A stretch of DNA of 64,000 bases, taken from an uncultured Gemmatimonadota bacterium. GTDB taxonomy: Bacteria > Gemmatimonadota > Gemmatimonadetes > Gemmatimonadales > GWC2-71-9. The stretch spans positions 10 through 64,009 of the forward strand of contig CALGOK010000014.1 of assembly GCA_937961295.1 (NCBI GenBank). The letters run 5' to 3'. The translations under genes were made by a program, and so were the position numbers. The notes under the pieces are model-generated. The model was not told the origin of the DNA. It was given only the letters and a program-made list of their open reading frames with translations, and ran no database searches. Numbering within the stretch: the first letter of the stretch is position 1; every line of letters starts with the position of its first letter. Below are positions 27,746 to 38,719 of this stretch, piece after piece.

Positions 27746-27838
27746 CAGCGGTGGGCCACGACGCGGATGCTTCGGCCCTTCGCGCTATCGGGAGTGCCGA
27801 CACGCACGGCCGGCCAGGAGCGCAGTGGCCCACCGCTG
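27746..27838. repeat. 93-bp TIR element (family B), copy 2
   Basis: Same length and termini as 27065..27157, with 2-3 substitutions. Confidence 0.75.
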
Positions 27839-27887
27839 ACGACATCGAGACTCGGGGACGGCCCGCGCACGCAACTGCAGCATCCGC

Positions 27888-28892
27888 TCAGATCGCGGTC
27901 GCCTCCAGGTCGATGAGGACCGAGCCAAGCGAGACGCGCACCACGTTTCGGCCCGGCGACGGACCCATGAACCAGCAGCACACCGAGGCGCGGCCGTCGA
28001 CCACCTCGTAGCGGTTCTCGGGCCGGAGGAATCCTCCGCCTTCAATGACCTGCGCGTCCAGCACCTGTGTCCCAGCCAGCAGGTTGCCGAAGTTGTCACG
28101 GAACTCGAGCAGGAACGCTGTCTGGAGGAATCCCCGCGGCTTGAGCACCTGGCCCGCGCCAGCGAGGATGCGGACTTGTGATGCGGGTCCCGGAACCACC
28201 CGGACGTCCCAGCCCACCTCCGTCGGCGAGACGCCGCCTTGCGAAGTGCGCGCGGTCACCCGGTGCAGCCCGGGCAACGTGCCGAAGCGGACATGGGTGG
28301 CCCGCGCGTATCCGTCGCGGTCGGTCATCGACTCCGCGGTGATCACCGCGCCGCCGGCGTCGCCCTCCCATGCCACCGGCACGCCGGCGACCGGGTAGCC
28401 GTCGAACGTGGTGGCTTCCGCCACGAATGCACGGGGTGACACCACCCCGACCGTTCCGCCCGCGAGTCCCGCCGGATCGATGACCGGCAGCATCCGCTCG
28501 GCGATCGGCACGATCGCGGTCGCCCGCAGCGTCACGCTCGCCTCGTTACCGCCGACGATCGTGGCCACGAGCTCGTTCACTCCTGCACCGGGTCCGAGCT
28601 CCCAGCGGTGGATGCTGGCGATGCCGTCAGCCCCCGTGACCGCCTGTCCACCACCGGCCCCGCCGCCGGCACCGACCGCGAACACCACGCGGACACCTTG
28701 CACCGGGTAGCCGCTCTTGGTGACCCGAACCGCCGGCGCGACGGCGACCGCCTGACCGGTGTAGGCACTCTGTCCGTCCCCGGCAGCGGCGGCGATCGCC
28801 AGCGGGATCGGCTCGGGTTCGGGCAGCACGTCGGCGCCACCGCACCCGACGACTGTGAAAGCACACAGGAAAGCCACCAGGGGTCGTGACAT
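27888..28892 (-). CDS. lipoprotein with tandem Ig-like (Big_1/invasin-type) domains
   Basis: Lipobox FLCAFTVVGC|GG. Repeated blocks of the type G.PV.GV.V.F....GGG......VTGADG.A...W.LG. Confidence 0.7.
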   Translation of the reverse strand: MSRPLVAFLCAFTVVGCGGADVLPEPEPIPLAIAAAAGDGQSAYTGQAVAVAPAVRVTKSGYPVQGVRVVFAVGAGGGAGGGQAVTGADGIASIHRWELGPGAGVNELVATIVGGNEASVTLRATAIVPIAERMLPVIDPAGLAGGTVGVVSPRAFVAEATTFDGYPVAGVPVAWEGDAGGAVITAESMTDRDGYARATHVRFGTLPGLHRVTARTSQGGVSPTEVGWDVRVVPGPASQVRILAGAGQVLKPRGFLQTAFLLEFRDNFGNLLAGTQVLDAQVIEGGGFLRPENRYEVVDGRASVCCWFMGPSPGRNVVRVSLGSVLIDLEATAI

Positions 28893-28986
28893 GTGTCCTC
28901 CGATGCAAGAGAGCGACGGGCGACGTGGGTGCTGCCCCTACATCGACTCCGTCGCTCCGTCCTCCGTCGTTCCGTCCTCCGGCCTG

Positions 28987-29967
28987 TTACGTCCCCGTCG
29001 CCGTGAACGTGACCGTCACGCCCTCGACCGTCACCTGCAGCGCGTTGTGTCCGGGGCCGAGGATCCAGCCGGTGACGGTGGCAACACCATCGCCGTTGCT
29101 GGTCACCTGCGGATTGACCACGCTGCCGCTGCCGCTGGTGATCATGAAGGTCACCGGCCGGTTGGGCGCCACGTTGCCGTAGGCATCGCTCAGCCGCACC
29201 GAGGGCGGGGTGCTCACGGCGCTTCCAGCCGGTGCACTCTGGCCGTTGCCGCCGAGCCGCGCGAGGGCGGTCACCGCACCGGCCTCGCCGGTGGCGCGGA
29301 ACACCACCGGTGCGCAGCGCCCGTCGCACTGCACCGTGGCGATCAGCGTGTTCTCGCCGGCGGTGGTGCCGAGCACCCACTTGAGCACGCCGGCGGTGCC
29401 GTCGCGATCGGTGACGGCGTCGCCGTAGCGCATCCCGCCGCCGCCAGTGCCGATCCGCCATTCCACCGCCACGCCCGGGATCGGACGCCCCGCCCCATCG
29501 GTGACCCGCAGCACCGGCCGGACGGTCACCGGCAGCCCCACCGTACCGGTGATGGCGGCACCCTGCACCGGTGCCACGGCCACCGGATTGGATGTGGTGG
29601 AGAGCGCGGTGAAGTAGATCGGCGAACCGACCGCGTCGGTGACCGATGCCTCGACCGCCTGCGCGCCCGCCGGGCCGAGGGTCCATCCCTCGACGCGGGC
29701 GATGCCGTCGGGACCGGTCACCGCGGTGGCGCCCTGCAGCGAGCCGCCGCCGGCGCTGACCCGGAAGTGCACGGTGACCCCGGCCACCGGCGCACCGCGC
29801 CGGGTCACCAGCACCGCCGGAGCCTGGGCCACGTTGGTCCCGGCGATCGCCTCCTGCGCAGTGCCGGCGTGGATGGCGAGGACCAGGTCGGTGTCGGGGG
29901 TGCTGGGCGCGTAGCCCTGGCAGGCCGCGAGGACCACCGCGGCGAGGACGGGAATGCGATATCGCAT
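28987..29967 (-). CDS. lipoprotein with tandem Ig-like (Big_1/invasin-type) domains, paralog of 27888..28892
   Basis: Lipobox VLAAVVLAAC|QG. Three repeats such as GAPVAGVTVHFRVSAGGGSLQGATAVTGPDGIARVEGWTLG. Confidence 0.7.
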   Translation of the reverse strand: MRYRIPVLAAVVLAACQGYAPSTPDTDLVLAIHAGTAQEAIAGTNVAQAPAVLVTRRGAPVAGVTVHFRVSAGGGSLQGATAVTGPDGIARVEGWTLGPAGAQAVEASVTDAVGSPIYFTALSTTSNPVAVAPVQGAAITGTVGLPVTVRPVLRVTDGAGRPIPGVAVEWRIGTGGGGMRYGDAVTDRDGTAGVLKWVLGTTAGENTLIATVQCDGRCAPVVFRATGEAGAVTALARLGGNGQSAPAGSAVSTPPSVRLSDAYGNVAPNRPVTFMITSGSGSVVNPQVTSNGDGVATVTGWILGPGHNALQVTVEGVTVTFTATGT

Positions 29968-30032
29968 GACCAGTCTCCGGGGGATGATCCCTAGACGTTA
30001 CCGCCGGAGGAAGCGGGTCGCCAGTAGTCCGC

Positions 30033-30125
30033 CACCGGTGGGCCACGGAGCGGATGCCCCGGCCCCTCGCCCCATCGGGAGCGCCGACACGCACGGCCGG
30101 CCAGGAGCGCAGTGGCCCACCGCTG
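30033..30125. repeat. 93-bp TIR element (family B), copy 3 (more diverged)
   Basis: CACCGGTGGGCCAC ... GTGGCCCACCGCTG. The internal differences from copies 1 and 2 are mostly T>C. Confidence 0.7.
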
Positions 30126-30131
30126 GCGAGA

Positions 30132-31544
30132 CTACAGGATGTACCGCCTCAGGTCGTCGTCCTTGATCACGTCGGCAAGCTTCTCGCGCACGTCCTTCGC
30201 CTCGATCCGCAGCGTGCCGGTGCGGCCGTCGGGAAGGTCGAAGAGCAGCTCCTCCATCAGCGCCGCCATCACCGTGTGCAGCCGGCGCGCGCCGATGTTC
30301 TCCATCCGGTCGTTCGCCTGCCACGCCGTGCGCGCCAGCTCGGCAATGGCGTCCTCGGTGAACTCGAGCTGCACCTTCTCCGCCCCGACCAGCGCGGTGT
30401 ACTGTTTGGTGAGCGCGTTCTCGGGCTCGGTGAGGATCCGCACGAAGTCGGCCTCGGTGAGCGGCTCCAGCTCCACCCGGATCGGGAACCGTCCCTGCAG
30501 CTCGGGAATCAGGTCGCTCGGCTTGCTCACGTGGAACGCGCCGGCGGCGACGAACAGGATGTGGTCGGTGCGGACGTAACCGTAGCGGGTCTGCACCGTG
30601 GCGCCCTCGACGATCGGCAGCATGTCGCGCTGCACCCCCTCGCGCGACACGTCGGGCCCGGTGGTGCTCCGCTCGCCGGCGATCTTGTCGATCTCGTCGA
30701 GGAACACGATGCCGTGGTTCTCGACCCGGTCGAGCGCCTCGTTGACCACGTCGTCCATGTCCACCAGGCGGCGCAGCTCGTCGTCCTCGAGGATCCGCCG
30801 CGCCTCGGGGACCTTCACCAGCCGGCGCTTGGACTTCTTGGGCAGGTTGTCGCGCAGCCAGTCGGAGAACGAGAACTCTGGGCCCTCCATTCCCTCCGGC
30901 GGCCGGAACGCGTCGGGATCGGGATAGTTGAGCGGGGCCACCTCGATCTCCACTTCCTTGTCGTCGAGCGCGCCGTCGAGCAGCTGCTTGCGCAGCTTCT
31001 CGCGCGAGCGCTCGCGCCGCTTGGCCATCTCCGGATCGCTCGGCGGCACCGGCTGTCCCTCGCCGTCGACATCCACCGGCGGCAGCAGCAGGTCGAGCAG
31101 CGTCTCGATGGCGCGCTGCTCCGCCTGCGGCCAGACCTCGTCCTCGCGCTCGCTGCGCACCAGCGAGATGCCGGCGTCGACCAGGTCGCGCACCAGCGAC
31201 TCGACGTCGCGGCCCACGTAGCCCCCCTCGGTGAACTTCGACGCCTCGATCTTGATGAACGGCGCGCCGGCGAGCCGTGCGAGGCGGCGGGCGATCTCGG
31301 TCTTCCCCACCCCGGTGGGGCCGATCAGGATGATGTTGCTCGGCGTGATCTCGTCGCGGATCGCCTCGGGCGCCTGCCCCCGCCGCCAGCGGTTGCGGAT
31401 GGCGATGGCGATCGCCTTCTTGGCCGCCGCCTGCCCCACGATGTAGCGGTCGAGCTCCGCCACGATCTGGCGCGGCGGCAGCTCCTCGAGCCAGGGCTGG
31501 GGAGGCGGCGGGGTGGAGGGCGATCGAGAGGACGGCTGGGTCAT
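30132..31544 (-). CDS. hslU: ATP-dependent protease ATPase subunit HslU
   Basis: ATG at 31544 (MTQPSS..). Motifs PRQIVAELDRYIVGQAAAKKAIAIAIRNRWRR, GPTGVGKTEIARRLA and IVFLDEIDKI. Confidence 0.95.
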   Translation of the reverse strand: MTQPSSRSPSTPPPPQPWLEELPPRQIVAELDRYIVGQAAAKKAIAIAIRNRWRRGQAPEAIRDEITPSNIILIGPTGVGKTEIARRLARLAGAPFIKIEASKFTEGGYVGRDVESLVRDLVDAGISLVRSEREDEVWPQAEQRAIETLLDLLLPPVDVDGEGQPVPPSDPEMAKRRERSREKLRKQLLDGALDDKEVEIEVAPLNYPDPDAFRPPEGMEGPEFSFSDWLRDNLPKKSKRRLVKVPEARRILEDDELRRLVDMDDVVNEALDRVENHGIVFLDEIDKIAGERSTTGPDVSREGVQRDMLPIVEGATVQTRYGYVRTDHILFVAAGAFHVSKPSDLIPELQGRFPIRVELEPLTEADFVRILTEPENALTKQYTALVGAEKVQLEFTEDAIAELARTAWQANDRMENIGARRLHTVMAALMEELLFDLPDGRTGTLRIEAKDVREKLADVIKDDDLRRYIL

Positions 31545-31558
31545 GGCGCAAAGATACA

Positions 31559-31635
31559 GGCGACAGGCGAGGGGCGAAGGGCGAGGGGCGAGAGGCACCC
31601 GCCACCCCTCGCCCATCGCCTCTCGCAATGTCGCC
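31559..31635. repeat. G-tract heptad hairpin filling the hslV-hslU intergenic gap
   Basis: Left arm GGCGACAGGCGAGGGGCGAAGGGCGAGGGGCGAGAGG. Right arm ACCCCTCGCCCATCGCCTCTCGCAATGTCGCC. About 30 bp pair, with 2-3 mismatches. Confidence 0.65.
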
Positions 31636-31637
31636 GC

Positions 31638-32174
31638 TTAGAGCTCCAGCACGGTGAGGTTGCTGTTGGTGTACACGCAGATCTCCGCGGCGATCTGCAT
31701 GCTCCGCTCGACCACCTGCCGAGCGGTGAGGCGCTCGTCGGCGATCAGGGCGCGCGCGGCGGCGAGGGCGAAGTCGCCGCCGCTTCCCACCGCGAGGATC
31801 CCGTCGTCCGGCTCGATCAGCTCGCCGTTCCCGGAGAGGAGGAAGGTGTGCTCCTGGTCGGCCACGATCAGCACCGCCTCGAGCCGGCGGAGGAAGCGGT
31901 CGCTGCGCCAGTCGGTGGCGTCCTCGGTGGCCGCGCGGGTGAGGTTGCCGGGATAGCGGTCGAGCTTCTCCTCGAATCGCTCGAAGAGGTTGAGCGCGTC
32001 GGCCACCGACCCGGCGAAGCCGGCGAGGATCCGGCCGCCCTTGAGGGCGCGGACCTTGGAGGCCTTCGCCTTGACCACCGTGTCGCCGATCGAGACCTGG
32101 CCGTCGCCGGCCATCGCCACGCGACCATCCTTGCGCACGGCTAGAATTGTGGTGCCATGATAGGGGATCGACAT
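31638..32174 (-). CDS. hslV: ATP-dependent protease subunit HslV
   Basis: ATG at 32174. Starts [28 protein letters not shown], the HslV N-terminus with the TT active site. Confidence 0.95.
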   Translation of the reverse strand: MSIPYHGTTILAVRKDGRVAMAGDGQVSIGDTVVKAKASKVRALKGGRILAGFAGSVADALNLFERFEEKLDRYPGNLTRAATEDATDWRSDRFLRRLEAVLIVADQEHTFLLSGNGELIEPDDGILAVGSGGDFALAAARALIADERLTARQVVERSMQIAAEICVYTNSNLTVLEL

Positions 32175-33533
32175 CGCCGCTGGCTCTCCGGAGCGTTGGG
32201 TCTGGTGATCGCGGCGGCGGTGGTCGCGCGCGCCGCGACCCTGCTCGCCATCGATCCGTGGTTCGACGAACTCTACTCCCTCTATGCCGCCTCGGGCCAA
32301 CCCGGCGACGCCTGGGCCGCCGCGGTGGCCGACCGGGTCCACCCCCCGGGATTCTACTACCTGCTCTGGGGCTGGCTGCAGCTGGCCGATCCCACCCCGC
32401 TGGGCCTCCGGCTCCTCCCCTTCGCCGGCTGGCTCGCCACGCTGGCGGCGCTGGGCTGGATGGGCCGCCAGTTCGCGCTCGACCGCACCCGGATCCTCGC
32501 CCTCGTGGCCCTCGGCGCCGTCAACCCGGTGCTCTTCGAGCTGGGCGGCTTCGTGCGCGGTTACTCGGTGCTGGTGGCTGTGGTGGCGATCGCGATCGGC
32601 GCCGCGGTGCAACCGCCCCGCGGACGCGCACCGTGGCTGCTCCTCGCTGCGCTGGTCGCCGCCACCTGGCTCCACTACTTCGCCTGGCCGGTGGTGGGCG
32701 CCATCGCACTCGGACTCGCGTGGCAGCGCCGCTGGCGCGACGCGGTGCTCAGTGCAACGGTCCCCGCGCTCGCGTTCCTGCCGTGGGTGATCGCGATGGC
32801 CACCAGCGACGCACAGGTCGCCGCGGTGGGGCAGTCGCTCAACTTCGTCGGCGCGCCGGGGGTGGTGCCGCTGATCGCCGCACCGGGCGCCCTGCTCACC
32901 GCGCCCGGCGCGTGGCTCACCATCGAGACCGGCGCGATGGCACTGATCACGTCGCTCATCCTGGTCGACGCGTTCGTCGAGTGGCGCGACCGCACCACCC
33001 GAGTGCTGGTGCTGCTCACCGCGCTGCTGCCGATCGCCGCGGCGTTTGCGGTCTCGCAGTTCACCGCCGTGGGCGCGTGGGGGATGCGCTACTTCGCGGT
33101 GTCGATCCCGGCGCTGCTGCTGCTGCTGGTCAACTACAACCGGATCAGGCCCCGGCTCCGCACCGTGGCGATCGTCCTGATCGGTGCCGCCGGCGTCGTC
33201 GGCATCCTCGGCACCCGCACCCGGCACACGCCGTGGCGGGAGGTCCACGCCGCGATCACCGCCGGCGGCACCACCATCGCCCACGCCAACGAGGGGTTCG
33301 TGCTGCTGCCGCTGCGCTACCAGGCGGTGATCGCCGGCTCGGGGCTCGAGGTGCGCGAGGTCCCCGGCATCCCCGCCCCCGACGCCGCACCGGGATGGCT
33401 GGTGCTCCGCCCCGCGCTGCTGCCCGAGAGCTACCAGCCGACCGACGCGCTTCGCGCGATGGGCCGCACGGTGAGCGATTCGTTCGCGATGGGAGAGGGA
33501 TGGCTGGAGGTGCGGGGGTGGAAGTTCGAGTGA
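32157..33533 (+). CDS. polytopic membrane protein, GT-C/PMT_2 (family-39-like) glycosyltransferase candidate
   Basis: 458-aa ORF with about 10 TM helices. Early DPWFDELYS loop motif. The start is uncertain: the annotated start overlaps the hslV start on the opposite strand by 18 nt. Confidence 0.6.
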   Translation: MIGDRHRRWLSGALGLVIAAAVVARAATLLAIDPWFDELYSLYAASGQPGDAWAAAVADRVHPPGFYYLLWGWLQLADPTPLGLRLLPFAGWLATLAALGWMGRQFALDRTRILALVALGAVNPVLFELGGFVRGYSVLVAVVAIAIGAAVQPPRGRAPWLLLAALVAATWLHYFAWPVVGAIALGLAWQRRWRDAVLSATVPALAFLPWVIAMATSDAQVAAVGQSLNFVGAPGVVPLIAAPGALLTAPGAWLTIETGAMALITSLILVDAFVEWRDRTTRVLVLLTALLPIAAAFAVSQFTAVGAWGMRYFAVSIPALLLLLVNYNRIRPRLRTVAIVLIGAAGVVGILGTRTRHTPWREVHAAITAGGTTIAHANEGFVLLPLRYQAVIAGSGLEVREVPGIPAPDAAPGWLVLRPALLPESYQPTDALRAMGRTVSDSFAMGEGWLEVRGWKFE

Positions 33534-33607
33534 TGGCCAGCCGCGGCCGTCAGGCCGCTGTGATATTGACCGCCCTCTCCGCGGCCTGACGGCCGCGGCT
33601 GGTTCTT

Positions 33608-34537
33608 CTATTTCGCCCTCGGATGCGCCTTCCGGTACACTTCCTTGAGCCGCTCCACCGACGTGTGCGTGTACACCTGCGTGGTCGACAGCGAGGCGTG
33701 CCCCAGCAGCTCCTGCACCGCGCGCAGGTCGGCGCCGGCGTCGAGCAGGTGGGTGGCGAAGGTGTGGCGCATCGAGTGGGTGCGCATGGTGTCGGCGCCG
33801 ATCGCGTCATACAGCCGGTGCATCCGGCGCTGGATGGTGACCGGCGCCAGCCGCTTGCCGGTGCGGCCGATGAACACCGCCTCGCGGTCCTTCGTCGCAC
33901 GCTTGGCGTACTCCGCGCGGAGTGAGAGCCAACGCCTGAGCGCCAGCGTGGCGCGCGTCCCCACCGGAACGATCCGCTCCTTGCGCCCCTTCCCCACCAC
34001 CTTGACCTGGTCGCTCAGCAGGTCGAGTCGCGGCAGGTCGAGCTCGCGCAGCTCCGAGAGCCGCAGCCCCGACGAGTAGAACAGCTCCAGCATCGCCAGG
34101 TCGCGCACCGCCTCGGGATCGTCCTCCGCCGCCAGCTCCTCCGCGTGCGCAAACAGCCGATCGACCTGCTCGGCGAGCAGGTAGGTGGGGAGCCGCTTCT
34201 CGAGCTTCGGCATCTTGGCAGCGCGCACCGCCACGGTGTCGATGTCGTGGTGCACGTGCAGCCAGCGATAGAACGAGCGGATGGCAGAGAGGGTGCGCGC
34301 GGCACTCCGGCGCGCGAGGCCGCGGCGCTCGAGCTCGCCCAGGAAGGCGCGGATCGCGAGGCGATCGACCTCGGCAAACTGCCAGGTGCGGCCGCCGTGG
34401 CGGCGGTCGAGGAAGTCGGTGAATGCCGCGAGATCGCGGCGGTACGCGGCGATGGTGTGGGGCGACTGGTCGCGCCCCTTCTCGAGGTGGACGAGGAAGT
34501 CGCGAACCAGCGGCGGGACTACAGCGTCGCCAGCCAT
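33608..34537 (-). CDS. xerC: tyrosine recombinase XerC/XerD family
   Basis: ATG at 34537 ([36 protein letters not shown]). Catalytic R..Hxx[33 protein letters not shown]. Confidence 0.9.
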   Translation of the reverse strand: MAGDAVVPPLVRDFLVHLEKGRDQSPHTIAAYRRDLAAFTDFLDRRHGGRTWQFAEVDRLAIRAFLGELERRGLARRSAARTLSAIRSFYRWLHVHHDIDTVAVRAAKMPKLEKRLPTYLLAEQVDRLFAHAEELAAEDDPEAVRDLAMLELFYSSGLRLSELRELDLPRLDLLSDQVKVVGKGRKERIVPVGTRATLALRRWLSLRAEYAKRATKDREAVFIGRTGKRLAPVTIQRRMHRLYDAIGADTMRTHSMRHTFATHLLDAGADLRAVQELLGHASLSTTQVYTHTSVERLKEVYRKAHPRAK

Positions 34538-35814
34538 GTCGCGAAGTCCTCGCGCGCCCGCGCCACCTGCCGCTCCTTGCGCTCCGCCTTCTTCACCTTG
34601 CCGTCGAGGGGCTCGAGCAGGCCGAAGTTGGCGTTCATCGGCTGGAAGTGCTCGGGATCGGCCTCGCGCAGGTAACGAAGCAGGCCGCCCAGCATGGTGG
34701 TGGGCGGCGGCACCGCGGGCGGCTTGCCGTCGAGTGCGCGGGCGAGGTTGATCCCGGCGAGCAGCCCGGTGCCGAGCGACTCGGTGTAGCCCTCGACGCC
34801 GGTGAGCTGGCCGGCAAAGAAGAGCGGCGCGCCGTCGCGCTCCTGCAGCGCGGGCCCCAACGACGCCGGCGAGTTGATGTAGCTGTTGCGGTGGATGCTC
34901 CCCCAGCGCAGGAACTCCGCCTCGCCGAGACCGGGGATCATGGTGAAGACGCGGCGCTGCTCGGGGATCCGGAGCCGGGTCTGGAAACCGACCAGGTTCC
35001 ACATCTGGCCCGCCTTGTCCTCGCGGCGCAGCTGCACCACCGCGTACGGATCGCGGCCGGTGCGCGGATCGGCGAGCCCCACCGGCTTCATCGGTCCGAA
35101 GCGCAGCGTCTCGCGACCGCGGCGCGCCATCTCCTCCACCGGCAGGCACCCCTCGAAATACGGCACCTGGTCGAACTCGTGCGCGGTGAACTGGTCGGCG
35201 GTGGTGAGCGCGTCAACGAACGCCTCGTAGCCGTCGCGATCGAGCGGGGCGTTGAGGTAGTCGTCGCCGCCACCCTTGTCGTAGCGCGACTTGGCGTACA
35301 CCGCATCCTGGTCGAGCGACTCCGCGCTGACGATCGGGGCGATCGCGTCGTAGAACGCCAGCGCCCCGGTGCCGAGGCGGGCCGCGATCGCCTCGGCGAG
35401 CGCATCGGAGGTGAGCGGGCCGGTGCACACGATCCCGGGCTCGGGGAGCGCGGTGGCCTCCTCGCGCACCACGGTGATCCGCGGATGCGAGTGGACCTTG
35501 GCGTGCACCAGCTGACCGAACACCTCGCGGTCCACGGCGAGCGCCGCACCGCCAGGTACCCGCGCCTCGTCGGCCAGCGGCAGCAGGATGCTGCCGAGGT
35601 CGCGCAGCTCGGCCTTGAGCAGGCCGTGGGCGTTGTGGAGCTCCACCGACTTGAACGAGTTGCTGCACACCAGCTCGCCGATCCGTTCGGTCTGGTGTGC
35701 GGCGGTGCGCCGCACCGGGCGCATCTCCGTCAGGGTGACATCGAGGCCACGCTCCGCGAGGGCCCACGCCGCTTCCGAGCCGGCCAGGCCGCCTCCCACC
35801 ACGGTCACCTTCAT
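34519..35814 (-). CDS. trmFO: methylenetetrahydrofolate--tRNA-(uracil54-C5)-methyltransferase TrmFO (Gid)
   Basis: ATG at 35814. Starts [23 protein letters not shown]. Also has CSNSFKS and [12 protein letters not shown]. It is ATGA-coupled to the topA stop. Confidence 0.9.
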   Translation of the reverse strand: MKVTVVGGGLAGSEAAWALAERGLDVTLTEMRPVRRTAAHQTERIGELVCSNSFKSVELHNAHGLLKAELRDLGSILLPLADEARVPGGAALAVDREVFGQLVHAKVHSHPRITVVREEATALPEPGIVCTGPLTSDALAEAIAARLGTGALAFYDAIAPIVSAESLDQDAVYAKSRYDKGGGDDYLNAPLDRDGYEAFVDALTTADQFTAHEFDQVPYFEGCLPVEEMARRGRETLRFGPMKPVGLADPRTGRDPYAVVQLRREDKAGQMWNLVGFQTRLRIPEQRRVFTMIPGLGEAEFLRWGSIHRNSYINSPASLGPALQERDGAPLFFAGQLTGVEGYTESLGTGLLAGINLARALDGKPPAVPPPTTMLGGLLRYLREADPEHFQPMNANFGLLEPLDGKVKKAERKERQVARAREDFATWLATL

Positions 35815-38519
35815 GAGGATGTCTTCGGTGTCTTCTTCTTGGCAGCGCGCCCCGAGGGGCGCGCCTGCGATGCCTTCTTGGCGCGCTTGGTGGTCTTCTT
35901 CGCGGCCTTGGCGGTCTTCGCGGCGCGGCGCTTCCCCTTGGGCGGCTTCCCCTTCTCGGCGATCAGCTTGACCGCCTCGTCGAGCGTGAATGCCTGCGGG
36001 TTGGCGCCCTTGGGGAGCGAGGCGTTGAGGTCGCCGTGCTTGATGTAGGGGCCGTAGCGCCCGTCGAAGAGCTGCACCGGTTCGCCGTCGGCGGGGTGCT
36101 TGCCGATCTCGCGGAGCGGCGTGGCGCCGGCGCGGCGGCCGCGACCCTGCTTGGGTTCGCGCAGCAGCTCGAGTGCGCGTTCGAGTGTCACGGTGAGCAC
36201 GTCGTCGCCGGCCTTGAGCGAGCGGAAGTCGTCCTTCCCCTCGGCGCCGCCCTTGGCGTGCACCACGAACGGCCCGAAGCGGCCGAGGCCGGCCTTCACC
36301 GCGTTGCCGGTGTCGGGATGCTTGCCGAGGAGGCGCGGCAGCGCGAGCAGTCCCACCGCCATCTCGAGCGTCACCTCGTCGGGCTTGACGCCCTTGGGGA
36401 GCGAGGCGCGCTTGGGCTTCTGCTTCCCCTCGCCTTCGCCCAGCTGCACGTAGGGACCGTACTGGCCGTCGAGGAGGTAGATCGGCTCGCCGCTCTCGGG
36501 GTGCACGCCAATCGACTCGGGTCCCTCGGCGCGCTGGCGGATCAGCGCATCGATCCGCTCGGGGTCGAGGTCGGCCGGGGTGGCGTCCTTGGGGAGCGAC
36601 GCGCGCAGCGTCTCGCCGTTCTCCTTGCGCTCGGCGTACGGACCGAAGCGGCCGATCCGGATCTCGGCGCCCATCCCCTCGAGCGCCACCAACCGCGCGT
36701 CGGCCGGTTTGATCTTCTCCATGCCGATCTCGGTCTGCGACTGCAGTCCCTCGTCGCCGAGGTAGAAGCGGCGCAGGTACTTGAGCGAGTCCTCGCGGCC
36801 CTCGGAGATCTCGTCGAGCGAGTCCTCCATCCGCTTGGTGAACTCCACGTCCACCAGGTCGCCGAAGTGGCGGATCAGCAGGTCGGTCACGGCGAAGGCG
36901 GTGAACGTGGGCACCAGCGCCTGGCCCTGACGCACCACGTAGCCGCGGTCCTGGATGGTGCCGATGATGCTCGCGTAGGTGGAGGGGCGACCGACGCCGT
37001 TCTCCTCCAGCGCCTTGACCAGCGACGCCTCGGTGTAGCGCGCCGGCGGCTTGGTCTCGTGGCCCACCGGCTCGAGGTCGCGGCACTCGGGGGTGTCGCC
37101 CACCGCGAGCGCCGGCAGCGGCGAGTCCTTGTCTTCGAGCGCCGCGTCGGGATCGTCGGACCCCTCCACGTAGGCGCGGAGGAACCCGGGGAAGTCGGTG
37201 CGCTGGCCGGTGGCCTTGAAGCGCGCCTCGTCGACGGTGATCTCCACCGTGGTGCTGGTCTTCTTCGCGTCCTTCATCTGCGACGCGACGGTGCGCTTCC
37301 AGATCAGGTCGTAGAGCGCGAACTCGTCGCCCGACAGGCCGGTCTGGTCGGGTGTGCGGAACGTGGAGCCCGCCGGCCGGATCGCCTCGTGCGCCTCCTG
37401 CGCGTTGTGCACCTTGTTGGCGTAGCGCCGCGGCTCGGCCGGCAGGTAGTCGTCGCCGTACAGCCGGCCGACGATGGCGCGGGCCGCCTTCAGCGCCTGG
37501 TCCGACAGCGCGATCGAATCGGTGCGCATGTAGGTGATGTGGCCGTTCTCGTAGAGCTTCTGCGCCACCTGCATGGTGCGCTTGGCCCCGAAGCGCAGCT
37601 TGCGGTTGGCCTCCTGCTGCAGCGTCGACGTGGTGAACGGTGCGTAGGGCCGCAGCGTGCGCGGCGTCGACTCCACCGAGTCGACAGTCCACGTGGCGGC
37701 CTGCAGTCGCTCGACCAGCTCGCCCGCCTCGCGCTCGCCCAGCAGGAGCACGTCCTTGCCAGCGGCGATCTTGCCGGTGTGCTCGTCGAAGTCCTTGCCG
37801 GTGGCCAGCCGCTTGCCGCCCAGCTCCACCAGCTCCGCCTCGAAGTCGTCTCGCCCCTGGCGCAGCGTGGCCTTGAGGTCCCAGTAGGTGCCGGTGCGGA
37901 AGGCGAGCCGCTCGCGCTCGCGGTCGACGATCAGCCGGGTCGCCACCGACTGCACCCGGCCGGCGGAGAGCCCGAACGCCACCTTCTTCCAGAGCAGCGG
38001 CGAGAGGGTGTAGCCCACCAGCCGGTCGAGGATGCGGCGGGTCTCCTGGGCACGGACCAGGTCCTGGTCCACGTCGCGGGTGTGGTCGAGCGCCTCCCGG
38101 ATCGCCTCGTTGGTGATCTCGTGGAACACCATCCGCTTGACCGGGATCTTGGGCTGCAGCACCTCGAGCAGGTGCCACGAGATGCTCTCGCCCTCGCGGT
38201 CTTCGTCGGTCGCGAGGTAGAGGACGTCGGCATCGCGGAGCTGCTCCTTGAGCTCGCGCACCACCGGCTTCTTGTCCGACGGCACCACGTACAGCGGCTC
38301 GAAGTCGTTGGCGATGTTCACGCCGAAGCGCGCCCACTCCTCGCCCTTGTGCTTGGCGGGAATCTCCTTGGCGTCGCCGGGGAGGTCCCGCACATGGCCC
38401 ATCGACGCGGCGACCGTGAAGCCGTCGGGGAGGAAGCCGCGAATGGTCCGCGCCTTCGTCGGCGACTCGACGATGACGAGGGCGTTGGGACCGAGCGATG
38501 AGCGGTTCTTGCTGACCAT
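35811..38519 (-). CDS. topA: DNA topoisomerase I (zinc-finger-less C-terminal repeats plus Lys-rich tail)
   Basis: ATG at 38519 ([21 protein letters not shown]). Toprim DEDREGE. Active-site region [10 protein letters not shown]. Four G(R/Q)(F/Y)GP(Y/F) C-terminal repeats. Tail [16 protein letters not shown]. Confidence 0.95.
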   Translation of the reverse strand: MVSKNRSSLGPNALVIVESPTKARTIRGFLPDGFTVAASMGHVRDLPGDAKEIPAKHKGEEWARFGVNIANDFEPLYVVPSDKKPVVRELKEQLRDADVLYLATDEDREGESISWHLLEVLQPKIPVKRMVFHEITNEAIREALDHTRDVDQDLVRAQETRRILDRLVGYTLSPLLWKKVAFGLSAGRVQSVATRLIVDRERERLAFRTGTYWDLKATLRQGRDDFEAELVELGGKRLATGKDFDEHTGKIAAGKDVLLLGEREAGELVERLQAATWTVDSVESTPRTLRPYAPFTTSTLQQEANRKLRFGAKRTMQVAQKLYENGHITYMRTDSIALSDQALKAARAIVGRLYGDDYLPAEPRRYANKVHNAQEAHEAIRPAGSTFRTPDQTGLSGDEFALYDLIWKRTVASQMKDAKKTSTTVEITVDEARFKATGQRTDFPGFLRAYVEGSDDPDAALEDKDSPLPALAVGDTPECRDLEPVGHETKPPARYTEASLVKALEENGVGRPSTYASIIGTIQDRGYVVRQGQALVPTFTAFAVTDLLIRHFGDLVDVEFTKRMEDSLDEISEGREDSLKYLRRFYLGDEGLQSQTEIGMEKIKPADARLVALEGMGAEIRIGRFGPYAERKENGETLRASLPKDATPADLDPERIDALIRQRAEGPESIGVHPESGEPIYLLDGQYGPYVQLGEGEGKQKPKRASLPKGVKPDEVTLEMAVGLLALPRLLGKHPDTGNAVKAGLGRFGPFVVHAKGGAEGKDDFRSLKAGDDVLTVTLERALELLREPKQGRGRRAGATPLREIGKHPADGEPVQLFDGRYGPYIKHGDLNASLPKGANPQAFTLDEAVKLIAEKGKPPKGKRRAAKTAKAAKKTTKRAKKASQARPSGRAAKKKTPKTSS

Positions 38520-38719
38520 GGAACTCCAGAGTGTCGAGACTGCTGCCGGCCGGAGGTACGTCATCCCGACCGGCCTGCCCTGCGCAACGCGGAAGAGAGC
38601 GACCCAGCGCGGTCGTGGAACGGAGGGATGACGAGCACCGGCCCCTGCTGCACCACTAATACCCCGCCCGGCACCATCCCGGCAAGACAGCCCGCCGCAA
38701 GGCGTTCCCTTCCAACGAC

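Noticed and set aside
27065-30125. The 93-bp imperfect palindromes flanking a single small gene suggested integron attC sites and a gene cassette.
   Set aside because: No GTTRRRY/RYYYAAC core sites lie at the ends, no intI or attI is nearby, and the third copy is not associated with a cassette-sized ORF. A MITE/REP-like interpretation is more conservative.
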